A stretch of 41,249 nucleotides of DNA from Tubiluchus corallicola (GCA_030141605.1 JAQGDQ010000824.1:1-41249); one strand, 5' to 3'; counted from the first letter of the stretch, positions 1 to 12,252 are shown. Notes: generated by a model not told the origin, from the sequence alone. Numbers and translations are program-made.

Positions 1-28
1 TGATTTTGCGTGAGAATGTACCATCCAG

Positions 29-72
29 TACAGTATTGTGGAATGCACTTGGCTTCAGATGCTGATTGGCTG
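29..72 (+). CDS. Internal exon of unidentified spliced gene (YSIVECTWLQMLIG/C); upstream exons lie outside the window
   Basis: ccatccAG acceptor (27-28), GTTAGT donor at 73; ends in phase 2, which fits the next exon starting at 187. Confidence 0.5.
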
Positions 73-186
73 GTTAGTGTTAGTTGTTGCGAAGCAACCC
101 CAATCCCACGGCTGTTAAACTTTTCTACAATGCTTTTTTGTGTGGCCGTAGCAGTGAAATAAACCGACCTGGGTGACTGTGCTTAG

Positions 187-271
187 TGCTGAGCTTGGGC
201 GCCAGTCAACTGCCTTCCGTCTCTTACAAGAAAAACATAGGCGGCAGTGTGTCGCCTTCCGTAGTGAAAGG
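187..271 (+). CDS. Internal exon of same gene (AELGRQSTAFRLLQEKHRRQCVAFRSER)
   Basis: gcttAG acceptor (185-186), weaker GTTAAT donor at 272; phase 2 in, phase 0 out, joining in frame to exon at 342. Confidence 0.55.
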
Positions 272-341
272 GTTAATCGAAAGAATGAGTTGTTTTATAA
301 TTTTTTATATACACTTCAACGCATTGTTTGCTGGAATTCAG

Positions 342-420
342 CTGGCAAAGACAGACTTACTTAACGAGATGTATGCAGTTATGACCATAGACAAGTCGTT
401 ATCTACAATATTCCTCTACG
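342..420 (+). CDS. Internal exon of same gene (LAKTDLLNEMYAVMTIDKSLSTIFLY/G)
   Basis: ttcAG acceptor (340-341), consensus GTGAGT donor at 421; ends phase 1. Confidence 0.7.
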
Positions 421-712
421 GTGAGTCACTGAACCAGCAGCAGTGTCCCAATCGCATTTAAAATGTGCACACATCTCCTTTCTGTAAAGAGAAGGTCAAA
501 TTGTCGCGATACTGGTGCATTTTGACGATACACATATCGTTACAAAAGGTATCACGATGCAGCGATGTGTGTTACAGGCCTATTATCTGCTATATTGAAC
601 ATTGTAACTGTGGTGTTATCAAGGGGAAGGGGGGCCAGACTGTTTTTATGCTTAATTGATCATTTCTCAACTCATTTCTTTCACTAGAATTCATTAATTT
701 TACTTTATTTAG

Positions 713-949
713 GGATGAAACTAGCCTACACGCTCTTTCCCAGTGGTTTGATCACTGGAACTGTGCCAAAATCCTTTATTCCGGATCAGCAGAAACCGGG
801 AACAAGCCGTCGATCGACGGGCGCGCCAAGGGTGGTTAAGCGCCCAGAGAAAATAGTCCCGGCTAGTCAGACGTCATTCACGCACAATGATTTAGAACAG
901 CTGCAGGCAAATCTCCAAGATGTACAGTTGCCATTGACTAGCAGACAAA
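713..949 (+). CDS. Internal exon of same gene (MKLAYTLFPSG...DVQLPLTSRQ)
   Basis: Pyrimidine tract + ttAG (711-712); G+GG completes Gly in frame with ORF 715..1119; GTAAGA donor at 950; GC-richer than flanks. Confidence 0.75.
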
Positions 950-1317
950 GTAAGAAATTGTGTTTTTTGCTTGGTAGATTATGTAATTGGCTTAAAAGAT
1001 TCATCCAATTTAAACAACTAGAAATTGTTCTTCTTGAGTTTGTTTGTTTGTCTGTTTGTCTGTTTGTTTGCAGGAAAATAAATATTAAGTTTGTTTATCA
1101 TCACTACAACCAAAAATAGAATTGAAGCACCGCATAATATTATTTTTTAATTATAATTTTAATTTTTTTTAAACTAATAAGCAAGGTAGAACACACTGAC
1201 GCACAATTGTTTTTAATTGTATTCACCGTGTGTGCGAAAGATTTCTCTCTACTTGCTTTGTAATCTAAGGTAGGTCTTTTTTAGAATTGCCTGTAAAACT
1301 TGTCTTCGTTATACGCA

Positions 1318-2190
1318 TTTAGTAGTTCAGCCAATCAGAAGTGAGCACGTTTTTTTAGTGTAGTAGGTCAGCCAATCAGAAGTGAGCACGTTTTTTAGTC
1401 TAGTAGTTCAGCCAATCAGAAGTGAGCACGTTTTTTAGTCTAGTAGGTCAGCCAATCAGAAGTGAGCACGTTTTTTAGTCTAGTAGTTCAGCCAATCAGA
1501 AATGGGCAAGTTTTTAGTTTAGTAGGTCAGCCAATCAGAAGTGAGCACGTTAGCCAATCAGAAGTGAGCACGTTTTTTAGTTAGTAGTTCAGCCAATCAG
1601 AAATGGGCAAGTTTTTAGTCTAGTGGTCAGAATAAGAAATGAGCACGTTTTTTACTCTTTCTATAATATTGTTTTTAAGATAAAACTTTTTCTATTACTT
1701 CAAAACATACGTGAAGTTTTGACTAGTACAGCCTATAGAAATGTTTTTTTAGTCTAGTAGGTCAAATCAAAGTGAGCACGTTTTTTTAGTAGGTGATAGA
1801 AGTGAGCACGAGTCAGTACTCAGACAGAAGTACACATCAACTTCACCAACAAAGTGAGCATGTTTTTTAGTCTAGTAGGTCATCCAATCAGAAGTGAGCA
1901 CGTTTTTTAGTCTAGTACTTCAGCCAATCAGAAGTGAGCACGTTTTTTAGTCTAGTACTTCAGCCAATCAGAAATGGGCACATTTTTTAGTCTAGTACTT
2001 CAGCCAATCAGAAGTGAGCACGTTTTTTAGTCTAGTACTTCAGCCAATCAGAAATGGGCAAGTTTTTAGTCTAGTACTTCAGCCAATCAGAAATGGGCAA
2101 GTTTTTAGTCTAGTAGTTCAGCCAATCAGAAATGGGCAAGTTTTTAGTCTAGTACTTCAGCCAATCAGAAATGAGCACGTTTTTAGTCTA
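1318..2190. repeat. Intronic ~40-41 bp minisatellite (TAGTAGTTCAGCCAATCAGAAGTGAGCACGTTTTTTAGTC), two blocks interrupted at ~1630-1860
   Basis: Directly visible tandem units, about 16 copies. Confidence 0.95.
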
Positions 2191-2371
2191 CTCTTTACGA
2201 GCCAAGAAATCAACACGTCTTTTACTTTTTCTGTAATATTGAATTTAAGATAAAAGTTTTTGTGATTACTTCAAAACATTCGTCGAAGTGTTGACTGGCG
2301 TACAGACGTGTAGAAATGTTTTCCTATTTGGCATTTTAGTTGTTAAACTGAAAATTCTCATGTGTTTTTAG

Positions 2372-2457
2372 GAAGTGGTAGATTGTCGACGACGAGTCGG
2401 TACACAGACAGAAGTTCAACTTCCCGGAAAAGCTGTGCATCGAGCCGTCTAAAGTAA
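2372..2457 (+). CDS. Probable terminal coding exon of same gene (RSGRLSTTSRYTDRSSTSRKSCASSRLK*)
   Basis: gtttttAG acceptor (2370-2371); phase 1 matches previous exon; Ser/Arg-rich tail ending TAA 2455-2457. Confidence 0.65.
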
Positions 2458-2706
2458 AACCGGTTATGCAACCAATTCTTGTCCGTCCATTTTGTGTAAG
2501 CACTTTATATATCAAAGCGATTAGTGATTACAGACTAGCTGACTCAGTGACTGACCTACTACCCGACTAACTAATGTTCATCAGTCATTTCTGTGAAGGA
2601 ATGGATGAGTGAGTTAGTTAATATCTGTTTGATTAGTTATTGCTTGGCTGGTTGCTTGATTGACTGACTAACTGACTGACTGATGAGTGAGCAAATTAAT
2701 ACCTGA

Positions 2707-2995
2707 CTAGCAAAGCTTCTCGCAAAAAAATTCACTTCTGATCGATAATGTGCGAACATCCTACATAGTGTTCATTTATAACGCAAGGCCAGTAGCAACA
2801 TTTATTGAAGTAAAATGATGTGCAAAGTACAATGGATAGACGTCAGAACAATGGCTTTGCGTCAACAGTTTTCGCCCAAAGAGAGAATCGACCAAAATGG
2901 AACCGCTGATTAACTTCTCATTGCTCCGTCTGGTGGAAGCACCCCCAAACAAGACCCACATCAAGGTGTAGCTCTCTTCCTCCTCTTTCGAAAGG
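2707..2995 (-). mobile_element. Helitron-like non-autonomous element, 3' portion (copy 1)
   Basis: Homologous to 6917-7140 and to the reverse complement of 30222-30632; homology ends at CTAG followed by T on the element strand. Confidence 0.6.
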
Positions 2996-2996
2996 A

Positions 2997-3745
2997 TATG
3001 ATAAGGACCACAGCTTGATCAGCTTGATAAACAGTAGTGCTTGTCTCTAAAACTTGTGAACAAAGTCTAAGCAACTACCCTGATCATTATCACTCCATTT
3101 TTAACCTATAGATGGTGCTGTAGTCTGATAAACTCATAAATTATGCATGATATTGACCTCAGCTTGATCAGCTTGATAAACAGTAGTGCTGTTCTCCAAA
3201 AACTTGTGAACCATTCTAAGTAACTGCCCTGATCATTATCACTCCATTTTTAGCCTATAGATGGTGCTGCAGTCTGATGAACTCATAAATTATGCATGGT
3301 ATTGACCGCTCTTGATCAGCTTGACAAACAGCAGTGTTTTTCTCCGAAAACTTGTGAACCAGTCTAAGCAACTGCCCTCATCATGATCACTCCATTTTTA
3401 ACCTATAGATGGTGCTGCAGTCTGATGAACTCATAAATTATGTATGATAAGGACCTCAGCTTGATCAGCTTGATAAACAGCAGTGCTTTTCTCTGAAAAC
3501 TTGTGAACCAGTCTAAGCAACTACCCTTATCACTCCATTTTTAACCTATAGATGGTGCTGTAGTCATTAACTCATAAATTATGTATGATAAGGACCTCAG
3601 CTTGATCAGTTTGATAAACAGAAGTGGTTTTCTCTGAAATCTTGTGAACCAGTCTAGGCAACTACCCTTATCACTCCATTTTTAACCTATAGATGGTGCT
3701 GCAGTCTGATGAGCTCATAAATTACACGTGATGTGGGACCACAGG
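2997..3745. repeat. ~140-150 bp tandem repeat, about 5 copies
   Basis: Recurring CAGCTTGATCAGCTTGATAAACAG ... CACTCCATTTTTAACCTATAGATGGTGCTG ... CTCATAAATTA. Confidence 0.95.
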
Positions 3746-4567
3746 TTACGAACAATGACGTCTTTGTTTGAATGTTTATTCTCCCGTGATTGCTGACTAT
3801 ACTTTGGTGACAAGCAGTTAATCTTATCATACAGCTGCTTAGGGTTCAGGGTACATGCACAGCGCAGAAAAAATACCACAGGAAGCTTAAGAAAAGTTGC
3901 TGTGTTTGATCATTTGACTGTTGTATCCCACTGTATGTAAACAAAACTGACTTTATATTTGTTATTCTTATTTCTAAGTGTTTACTCAAAGTATGTATCA
4001 CATGCCTAGAAATTTTAAATTATTTGGCTTTTGTTTTTTTATAAATTTCTGACGTCTGAAAATTGAATTTTCTTGAAGGAAAGGCTATAATTAGTCAATT
4101 AATGAAGCTTGTGAAAGATTTGAATATTGGACACGACAAAGTTTCAAAAGTTTTTGACTTTTTTTAGTCGTTTTTCGAACGGGTTTTTGTTTGGAACTTG
4201 TGTTTATGTTGTCTAATGATCATGCTTCATATTAAAATAGAAATATCTCTCTCGTCTTTTCTTATCATGTGCTGCCATCTGTGCCTTTTCATTTAAGCCT
4301 TGTCTCATTCTGTTTTATCTCGTGTTTTCCGTTGTCTCCTATGGCAATTTTGGGTGATGGGATTTGCAAGACGTGAATTTGGTCTGCTGTATTCGCTTTA
4401 ATTACGAATAATCTTGTTCAAGTTTTGTATCAGTTGAAAACACTTCATTTAAAGATGTCTTCATTCTCGTCAATATTTTGGAAAAATTATTTGCTAAATT
4501 TTATAATATAAATTAAGGCTAAAGTTTACGATGCCCGTCCACAAGAAATTAGCTTGTGAAGTGGATT

Positions 4568-5312
4568 AGACATAGACATAGACATAGACATAGACATAGA
4601 ACATTTATTTTCTCAAATTTGTTTGACATAAAAAGTTTTTTTTAAATATTAAGTAATTATAATCGCGGAGCAGGGCAGGGAAGGACCATAGGGTCATCTA
4701 GTCTCCTGTCCTGTCTTATAATTAGATTAGTATATTAAAAATAAATCGTGAGGCTGCAGATAACAAAAACAAAAACAAATCAGAAAAAATAATAATAATA
4801 AAAAAGTATAAATGATACAAATTATCAAAAAAGAAGTGAAAACAAAAAATAATAAAGATAGATACCAAAATCTAAACAAAACAATACAATTATTCAATAA
4901 TTAGGATTATCAGATGTAGTAGTTTCAAATGGGGTTTTATTGACAGGGGAATTTGACCAAGGTTAGTGAGTAAAGTTAAAAAACTGAGAGTATGGAAAGA
5001 TAAAATAAGTATCAAAAAAGTGTAATATAGAAAAATTTAAGAGAAAAAGTAAGTATGGGAAAGAGCAACAATTACTTAGAAGATGAAGAGAAAAAAGAAA
5101 AAAAAACTTGCTAGCTTGCTTATTAGAGTCAGGGTCATGGTTGGGTCAAGGTTAGGGCCAGGGTCAAGATTAGGGTTACAGCATTTAAATTGTGTGGGGA
5201 ATTGGTAGCTCATTCCTAAGTTAATCACAGCATACAGTGGACTAGCGTAACATTCGCTCAGCCATGGACAAGCGAAAACGTAATTAATCCGTAATCTGCT
5301 TTCAAGCAACAA
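4568..5312 (-). mobile_element. Degenerate LINE (CR1/L2-group) 3' end
   Basis: Minus strand reads SPLYAVINL-(frameshift)-NELP, like the 'LWNxLP' ORF2 C-terminus; then AT-rich UTR, a stem-loop (4671-4713), AATAAA and a (CTATGT)n tail. Confidence 0.55.
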
Positions 5313-5761
5313 TGCAACACTGCAATAATGTTGCTACTACCTTGAAACACAATGACAGCTTTGCACAAGTCGTAATTATAGTCTTTCATTCCCAAAGTTC
5401 AGTATCACTGATGGCACAAAGCTATAAATAATTATGATTATAATTAGATAATTAAACCCAATAAAAAATAATTAAAAACGTTCTAGCTACAAAGTAATCA
5501 ATTCCTGTTACCTTGAGCTACTCACACTAGTTTTCTGAATGAGTTTTAATGGCATTTTTAAGGCCTAATGACTGTCAAATATTGATCATTAGCAGTGGAA
5601 CAGAGTCGTATGTACTTGTCTGCACAACAGAATCAGTGTTATTTGAACAGTCGTTGACCAACAAAGCCCAAACGTCAACTGTGTGATGATCTGCACAAAA
5701 GCGTGCCTGTTTTGTTTTGTGTGCAAAGAGTTCAGGGCGGAGACGACAATATCAGTTATTT

Positions 5762-5787
5762 GAAAGAGAGAGAGAGGTGGAGTGAGT

Positions 5788-5823
<36 letters not shown>

Positions 5824-5845
5824 ACAAAGAGAGAGATAGAGAGAA

Positions 5846-5904
<59 letters not shown>

Positions 5905-6082
5905 GAGAGAGAGAGAGAGAGAGAGGGGGGAGAGAGAGTGCGAAAGAGAGAGGGAGAGAATGAGAGAGAGAGAGAGGGGAGAGAGCGAAAGAGAGAGAGA
6001 GATAGAGAGAGGGGGAGAGAGAGCAAAAGACAGAGAAAGAGAGAGAGAGGAGAAAGAGGAGAGAGAGAGAGAGAGAGAGAGA
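5762..6082. repeat. (GA)n microsatellite, imperfect
   Basis: Directly visible. Confidence 0.99.
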
Positions 6083-6347
6083 ACACATCGTATGCACTTG
6101 GTAATGGCTATACCTTTGCCGTGTGAAGGGTAATTTAGAATTGTTCAAGCGGAGATAGGCTGTCTGCTTCAGCATTCATGTTGTCTGTAAAGTCTGCCTG
6201 GCGAACATAAAGGACTTGTGGTCAGAAATATAATTTTTTTCAGATGCTGGAATGTATGAGTCAAGGAGCGATAGCTTAATGTACAGAATCGCATCTTATT
6301 TGAAATGGTCACAAACTTTTATAGTAATTTTAAGTAAATGTGATTGA

Positions 6348-6848
6348 CAGGGTTCCCACAGTCAGGGAAAATCCCGGAAAATCCTTGAAAATATAGGCTA
6401 TCCTAGAAAGTCATGGATAAGTCAGGGGGGAAGGTAATTTGGTAAATAGTGAGGGAAAATGATGAAAATGGGGTGAAAAGTCAGGGAAATTGGAAAGTGT
6501 TGCAAAAGTAATCACCGTGAACCGATATTTTTCCAAACATATTTTTCAGCAATTTGTGTTCAAATAAAATTTTGCTCTGGCAGGCTCCCAGTTTCGATTT
6601 CTGCTCCAAAAATAATGATTGGATTAAGAAAGTTTATTTAATGTGATTAGTGCAATTTCATTAGAATTACTGCAACTGTGCCAACACTGTGTATCAGTAT
6701 ATGTATGAACTTCTATACACAAAATGTGTGAGCGTGCATACTGGTAATACAATTTGTGCTTATCTTGGTCATGGAAAATCAATATTTGGTCAAGGAAAAA
6801 TCATGGAAAAGTCAGGAAAATTTATTTGAAAATTCTGTGGAAACCTTG
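6348..6848. mobile_element. hAT-like MITE
   Basis: Imperfect TIRs CAGGGTTCCCACAG / CTGTGGAAACCTTG; subterminal GTCAGGGAAA/TCATGGAAAA repeats; no clear TSD. Confidence 0.75.
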
Positions 6849-6916
6849 AATAGGCCATGTGTTTGCAAGTACTGACAAGTTGTGAAGTCTAAGACACGAT
6901 AGCTTTAATATAATTA

Positions 6917-7140
6917 CTAGCAAAGGCCCCGCAAAAAAATTTGCTTATAAATGCACTTATAATCAAAAATACGCGAACATCCTGCCTACTGTTTGTTTAC
7001 TTATCTAACGCAAAGCCTGTAGCAGCTTTTACTGAACTGTTCTTCCTCTTCCTAAAGAGCTGTATATCTCCTTCCGAGAGTCCCACCAGGTGCTGCTATA
7101 ACGTTTTTTCTGCAGGCTGTTTGACCGAAATTTCGAAAAA
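6917..7140 (-). mobile_element. Helitron-like non-autonomous element (copy 2, internally deleted)
   Basis: Element strand ends GCAAATTTTTTTGC hairpin, GGGGCCTTTG, CTAG|T; matches both ends of 30222-30632 but lacks its middle. Confidence 0.65.
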
Positions 7141-8341
7141 AGCTGACTCTCAAGATATTACTTGCTTTTCCTTAGTAAAAGGAGATTAATGTGATGGATC
7201 TTTTGGGTACTGATATTTAGTCATTTGCTTCGAGGTGGTTTTTGATGTGGCAAAACAATTTTTAGATATGCTGAAAATTGTTCTAGCTTGACACTTTGAA
7301 TTGGAGCTTAGCTACAGTGGCTCCGCCAAGTGCACATTTATGTAGTTCTTGTATCAGATATTTCAACCACGCAGGAGTTTGTTATTGTTTAATTTAAGTA
7401 TGACCCCTCAACTATAACCAATAAAATTATTTTGTTGAATTTTCACTTTTTCACTGCAGTTTTTAGTTTAAATAACAACATCCTAGATCATTTTCATCTT
7501 CAAAATCATACTTTTTGCCTAAACATTACCTTCTGATTGTTATTCCCATTTTGTAAAGTACCAAACAAATACGAACAACCCGTTTCTAAATGGAAAATGG
7601 TCCCCCACTGTCAACATTTGTCAATCCACGCAATAATTCTATTGTAACATTTGAACACACTCTTCTTTGTTCTTCCCTTTGTTCTTCTCAAATGACTTTT
7701 TTCCACTCTTTTCCCTCGAATTTAACATCAATTATTTTCCACTCCGGGTAATTACGTTTTCTGGCTGCTTTGTCTGCTACTCTCATTGCTGCTTTTGTTC
7801 GCTGTAATCGCATTGTCTACGCGGACAGGTTTCCGCCGTGTTTGCGCTGAGGTCAGTGAAAGCAAAACCACTGCCGTAAAAAAACTCCCGAAGAAGACGA
7901 CACCATTGTCATGGGACAGGATGTGCAGGCGTTCGCTCTCATCACAAAAGACGGATGTGGTGATTGCCTGTGCAAAAGAACTCTTATAAACGTAATTTAG
8001 CTGTTTTTATGAATGAAAAACACACCGGAGTTGCCAGGTTAGCAGACAATGGATTGCCAGATTGTAGGGGAAATGATGATGATTGCTCGCCACTTATCCG
8101 ATTGCTGTGAGAGGGCGGCGGATCCAGGAAGGGGAGTCTGTTTCATCTGTAGGACTAGTGCCTCATTTGAGCTGTTAGTTAAAGCAGAGTCTTCACTAAT
8201 GCAACTGAATGTAAAGTTTGTTTTGCATCAGCTCAGGTTTCTGGCCCGGTTACCCTAAACTGATGTGATAGTTGTACCTCTAGTGTTTGCTGTTATTTGA
8301 ATCAACAATAGACAGAACTACAATGTGAATTAACAATGGAT

Positions 8342-8905
8342 GGAACTCAGCAGTTCATTGCAAATGTCGGTCCAAGGCTTTGGAATGACATAAATGATGA
8401 ATTAAAAACTGTTCAGCCAATTCAAAAATTTAAAAGGAAATACAGAGCATTGATTCTCAACGAGTACAACACTTCCTAATTTCCCACACCTACTGCAGCA
8501 GTCATACCACAATCCTGGTACAGATTATGCAAAACAAGGCATCATTGATAAATAGTTAGAGCTGATGTCAATATAGCGCAATATATTATCTTTCTTCCTA
8601 CCATTTCCACTAACACATCCTTCTACCCTTCCTGTGTGATCTAACCTTTCTCCCAGTTCTTTTTTTGTTCACTCATCCATTCTTTTTTATCGGGTTCACA
8701 TGACAGTGGGCTTATACACAAGCCTTTGCTTCTCTAGCCCACTGCAGTACAATTATTCTTTTATGATAAAGATAGTGTATGAAACATAACAATTTAATAC
8801 AGTATGACGTAATAATTTTGATGTCACTGTGTGCTTAATGTCATAATATTGTACTGAATTTGTTAATAATAATAAACAAATAAATAAATAAATAATAAAA
8901 TAAAA
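8342..8905 (+). mobile_element. 5'-truncated LINE (CR1/L2-group): ORF2 C-terminus, 3' UTR and (TAAA)n tail
   Basis: 8342-8479 encodes GTQQFIANVGPRLWNDINDELKTVQPIQKFKRKYRALILNEYNTS*, the typical GPxLWN...FKRK terminus; stem-loop AGTGGGCT...AGCCCACT; second copy at 23039-23450. Confidence 0.85.
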
Positions 8906-9277
8906 ATTATAAAACTATGTGTAGTTAAAAGATTAGTAATGCTGATATCACATCCCTGAAAATTTTATAAACATACAGCAGTTTTGAATTTTTAGTAATC
9001 CTTTGTTACTTTGCCATAGACCAAGTTTTTATACTACATCGTCATTGCAACATTAACCAGTTTTAATGAAAAATGATTTTTTCGGATTTGTTCTTCAACT
9101 CTGCAATCGGAACTTATCGTGCCATAACATTGGTAGGAGGCACATTAAGAATGCAGTTATTCTGACGCTACATTTTTATATGTCTTTGCTCGGATTTTTT
9201 TGCGAAGGCTTAGAAGCAAAACTGAATGTGGTTCCCATGGTGACGGGTTTCTTTACCTAAGAGAAAAGGAAACGTGG

Positions 9278-9600
9278 ATAACAATAGTAATAGTAGCAAC
9301 AGAAACAGCAACAACAGCAACAGTAACAACAACAACAACAGCAGCTAAACAATAATGATGGAGAGGCAACAGAAAAAATAGAACAATGGCATTAGTGGCA
9401 ACAACAACGTTGACAACAACAACAACAATAACAGCTAAACAATAATGATGGAGGAGCAGCAGAAAAAATAGAACAATGGCATTAGTGGCAACAACAACAT
9501 TGACAACAACAACAGCAGCAGCAACAGAAACAGCAACAACAGCAGCAGTAACAACAACAACAACAACAACAGCAACGACAGCAGCAGTAACAGTAACTAC
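9278..9600. repeat. (AAC/AGC)n-rich tract with an internal ~87 bp duplication
   Basis: CAGCTAAACAATAATGATGGAG...GAACAATGGCATTAGTGGC occurs twice. Confidence 0.9.
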
Positions 9601-11770
9601 ACATCTATAACAGTTGCAGGGCCAATGACATCAAGGTCAACATCTGTAGAACAGTAAACCAAAAACAGCTTTACGAACATTCACTAATTAAACCAAGTCA
9701 AATCAATTTATTTCACTCCACCTATTCATATCCACAGTAAAAAACATTGATGAAGTCAAATTAACGAGTTGCTGTATGACGCATTGAAAACATGGCGTGT
9801 TATGGTGGCAGGAATGAGTGAACAAATGCCGGATCCCTAACCAATGTTGCTCAAATAAAAAAATTCCACGTCAACGTCCAGTTTTCCACGTCAACATCCA
9901 GTCGGGCAGAATTTTTAAACCCGTCAAACAACTACAGCACTCCACTTATGGCAGTTCAATTTGGTATGGAGCTTGAACACTAATGTTGCATGAAATACAA
10001 CAAACAGCATCAGAATCAAAAATCTTAATCAAACATTAAAGCTGACAGTATAGTCCATGTTTCTCTTTGTCCTGCTCTACCGGTGCTTTCGTTCTTTGTA
10101 TTATCCAAGACTTCTTACAGCTCAAATGTGTCTCATTTGTAATGAAGATGGCGTACTTATGCTTTGTCTAGGCCTGCAATGGAAGACTTATAACATATCC
10201 CTCCGCAGACTGTTGGGTCTACAATGAGAAAACTTATTTCTGATAGATTAACACTGCCTGTTCTACAATGGCGGAATGTATATATTCTTGCTTACTCAGT
10301 TTAAACAACACTGTTCATCTAACTCTGTGTTGGGCGTGGTTGGTAAATGGATGAATCTCACCCTCCTCAAATTGATTTTCATTACTATACTGCTTCCAAC
10401 TATCTTTTCCCTTAGTGACGATACATACCCGGTTGTGAATAAGACTCCTCAGCCAGTTCAGTACCTCATCTTCAAGGATTATCTTCAGTACTGAACTAAG
10501 TTTTGGTTCTACCACAGTACTAGTTGTAGATTCGGTCATTGACCTGAGTACTGGCTCACAGCCTGCCACATTATATGAAAGACAAACCAATCTGCTCTAT
10601 CCTACATTGAAGAAGTTATGAAGGAGCCTCGTCTAGTCTGAGGTGCAACAGATTAATTCATACATAATCTGTCTGATCTACATTTGATGGTTTATGTATT
10701 CCTGCATAGTCCATATGATCTGCAGTGATACCTGCATAGATAAAGTTCACTTGGTCTTCAGTAGCCTGGAAGAGGTTTATATTTTGCATAATGTATGCAT
10801 GACGTACACTTACATTACTCTCTCTTCTCGATTAGCCTCGACAAATACCTCTCATATTATTGAGGGATTACCTCTAAGTTGCACGCACACCTCATTTTCT
10901 CACATAACATTTTACTGATCCTTTCCCATTGTGGGAACGGCTCGGGTTGTCTCGGCAGCGAAAGATTAAACAACGATCGCCTGTCGGATCCGGCAAACTT
11001 GTTTGAATGCTGCCTAATTATTAGTTTAATACTTTTTACTGCTTAAACTGCCACGATGTTGAAGAGATAATGAGCCTAGGTGGGGAAATTTCTTGGTAGC
11101 TGCAAAAAACAGCAAAACTGCCTTTCTGCCATTTTGTTTGCCAATCTCTGAAACTCTGATTCAACTCTAACTTTAGCGAAAAAAAACACTTTTGCTGATT
11201 TTTAGAAAAAATATGATTTTGCCTCTGTATTAACAATTACTACTGCTACATTCTTAATTTAAAATATTTCAAATCAAACTTCTCTTTTTAGAGAAATAAA
11301 TCTTTTTGTGGTCTTATTAGTTCTACACAAGTTTACATTCATCTGCTCGACAACATGAGAGGTACATAAAATTTTTGAATCTGGTACAGTCTGTAGATTT
11401 GGTCGCATGGATCTTTCTGTGCTTTTTCCTCAGTTGGCAATTCCTTCGGACGGTCCTCAATAAAATTACTCCAAGCATTTGCTATTTGAAATTTGCTTTA
11501 TTTTTTCTACCAAAAGCAAAGAGGCAGCAAAGTTTCTATCTTGTGCGTAATGCTTCTGTTTCGTACTATGGTTTTAGACCAGGGGATACTGAATGGTGGA
11601 GCTAGTTGGACCTGTACAAACAAAATCATCCAGTTCCTTGTGTGAAATGAACTTTTTTGTTGCGTGGGCCACCAAAAAGAAATCTATATTTTTTCCAAAA
11701 GTTTTCTGATTTCATGACACGGATTCCATGCGTCATTTCCTTGCATCCTCAGTGTGAAATAGCCCTAAAG

Positions 11771-12252
11771 CAGGGGTGTGCAAATTGCGGCCCACAGAGA
11801 GAATTTGTGCGGCCCGCGAAGAGATTTGTCAACCTAATGAAAGTGCGACCCGGGCGATTAATTGAGTGTATCCAGCTGAAGTCCATGCCACGATCCCAAA
11901 GATAGTGCGGGTAGTTTTTTCTACTAGATCGGATGCCATTGACCCTTACAAGATGGTTGTAGCTTAATGTCACTGTACTACACAGACTGTGTGATGCACA
12001 TTACTAATATGCATTGTAATGAAATTACCACTATCTGTCCTGGAAGTAGAAATATATGGTTTGTAATATAAATTTTAATAACTTCTAAAATAGTTTCTTG
12101 AGTGTAGTTGTAATGATGTACTCAGGTCGGACGCAAAAAAATCGTTATGAGGCCTTTCTGTACTTGGCTCCTTGATCAAACTGCCTGTGGCCCGCAGGAA
12201 TTGCGGGAAAGTTTAATGTGGCCCGGCTAGTCAGATAATTTGCACACCCCTG
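11771..12252. mobile_element. hAT (Charlie-like) MITE
   Basis: Perfect 16-bp TIR CAGGGGTGTGCAAATT / AATTTGCACACCCCTG with subterminal GCGGCCC/GTGGCCC motifs; 8-bp flanks (CCCTAAAG / TTTTAGAC) match at only 3 of 8 positions, including the central TA. Confidence 0.9.

Noticed and set aside
152-186. Apparent in-frame TGA (155-157) suggesting selenocysteine or a variant genetic code in the first gene
   Set aside because: Using the acceptor at 185-186 with the phase-2 exon 29-72 gives a clean frame; all nine Trp of the 752-aa ORF are TGG; no SECIS was recognisable.
950-1119. C-terminal part of ORF 715..1119 as coding sequence
   Set aside because: Runs past a GTAAGA donor at 950 into AT-rich, (TTTG)n-containing intron sequence.
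5589-6175. LS-rich and ER-rich ORFs
   Set aside because: Translations of the (GA)n microsatellite.
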